DNA of 46,001 nt from a virus: the UHGV virus genome UHGV-0199506; one strand, written 5' to 3'. Under the pieces are notes generated by a model that ran no database searches, was not told the DNA's origin, and saw nothing but the letters and a program-made list of their open reading frames with translations. The translations under genes and the position numbers were made by a program. Position 1 is the first letter of the stretch, and each line of letters begins with the position of its first letter. This document shows positions 45,985 to 46,001 of the stretch, one piece after another.

Positions 45985-46001
45985 GTTTTATTCAGTAAAC
46001 C

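Noticed and set aside
1-46001. tRNA, rRNA and CRISPR search
   Set aside because: No cloverleaf-compatible ~75-nt segment adjacent to int was seen, since integration is in icd rather than a tRNA gene. No regularly spaced direct-repeat array was seen. The only repeat families are the att arm sites, the 4-copy early-region motif and the 3-copy two-hairpin element.

Overview
The window holds two lambdoid (lambda/e14-like) prophages in tandem, with no host genes apart from a fragment of icd. Base composition is about 55% GC, except for a low-GC accessory island in the middle.

1. Positions 1-10420 are the right end of prophage A. It contains a giant 2938-aa lambda J-like central tail fibre gene with many internal repeats, then a second tail-fibre gene with a C-terminal S74 intramolecular-chaperone domain.

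2. Positions ~10430-10845 are an attP-like junction. It carries a 175-bp 3' fragment of icd (isocitrate dehydrogenase, the e14 integration target), the icd terminator, and arm-type direct repeats next to an integrase gene.

3. Positions 10845 to the window end are a nearly complete prophage B in canonical lambdoid order:
- int, xis, and a RecE-N-terminal-like protein fused to a DEDDh exonuclease domain.
- A cysteine-less Rrf2-family regulator and several small ORFs.
- A divergent immunity switch: a repressor with no peptidase domain and a Cro-like protein flanking operator-like inverted repeats.
- A CII/YdaT-like gene, a DUF1376/O-like replication gene and a lambda P-like replication gene that overlap by 215 nt out of frame, then an ANR-like regulator.
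- A ~5-kb low-GC (~35%) moron island at 19.4-24.5 kb. It holds five cassette-like genes (two unknowns, another unknown, then a membrane protein and SAM methyltransferase operon) separated by three copies of a conserved two-hairpin repeat.
- A LexA-box-controlled module: a dinI-like gene, a small protein and a LexA DNA-binding-domain-only protein.
- A DUF968/HNH protein, a Q-like antiterminator, tR', and a low-GC moron between tR' and lysis.
- A lysis cassette: dual-start pinholin, SAR endolysin, and Rz with Rz1 embedded.
- A lambda-like cos site, small and large terminase, gpW, portal, and a ClpP-protease/scaffold/HK97-capsid fusion.
- Decoration protein, then tail genes Z-like, U, V, G, the G-T frameshift, tape measure H, M, L, K and I.

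No tRNA, rRNA or CRISPR array is evident. The most promising candidates for undescribed biology are listed below:
- the low-GC island with its hairpin-repeat-delimited cassettes;
- the membrane protein/methyltransferase pair;
- the SOS (LexA-box) module combined with a non-cleavable repressor;
- a 4-copy TCAAAACTCG-containing motif placed as inverted pairs at gene starts;
- the late-operon moron at 27627-28478.
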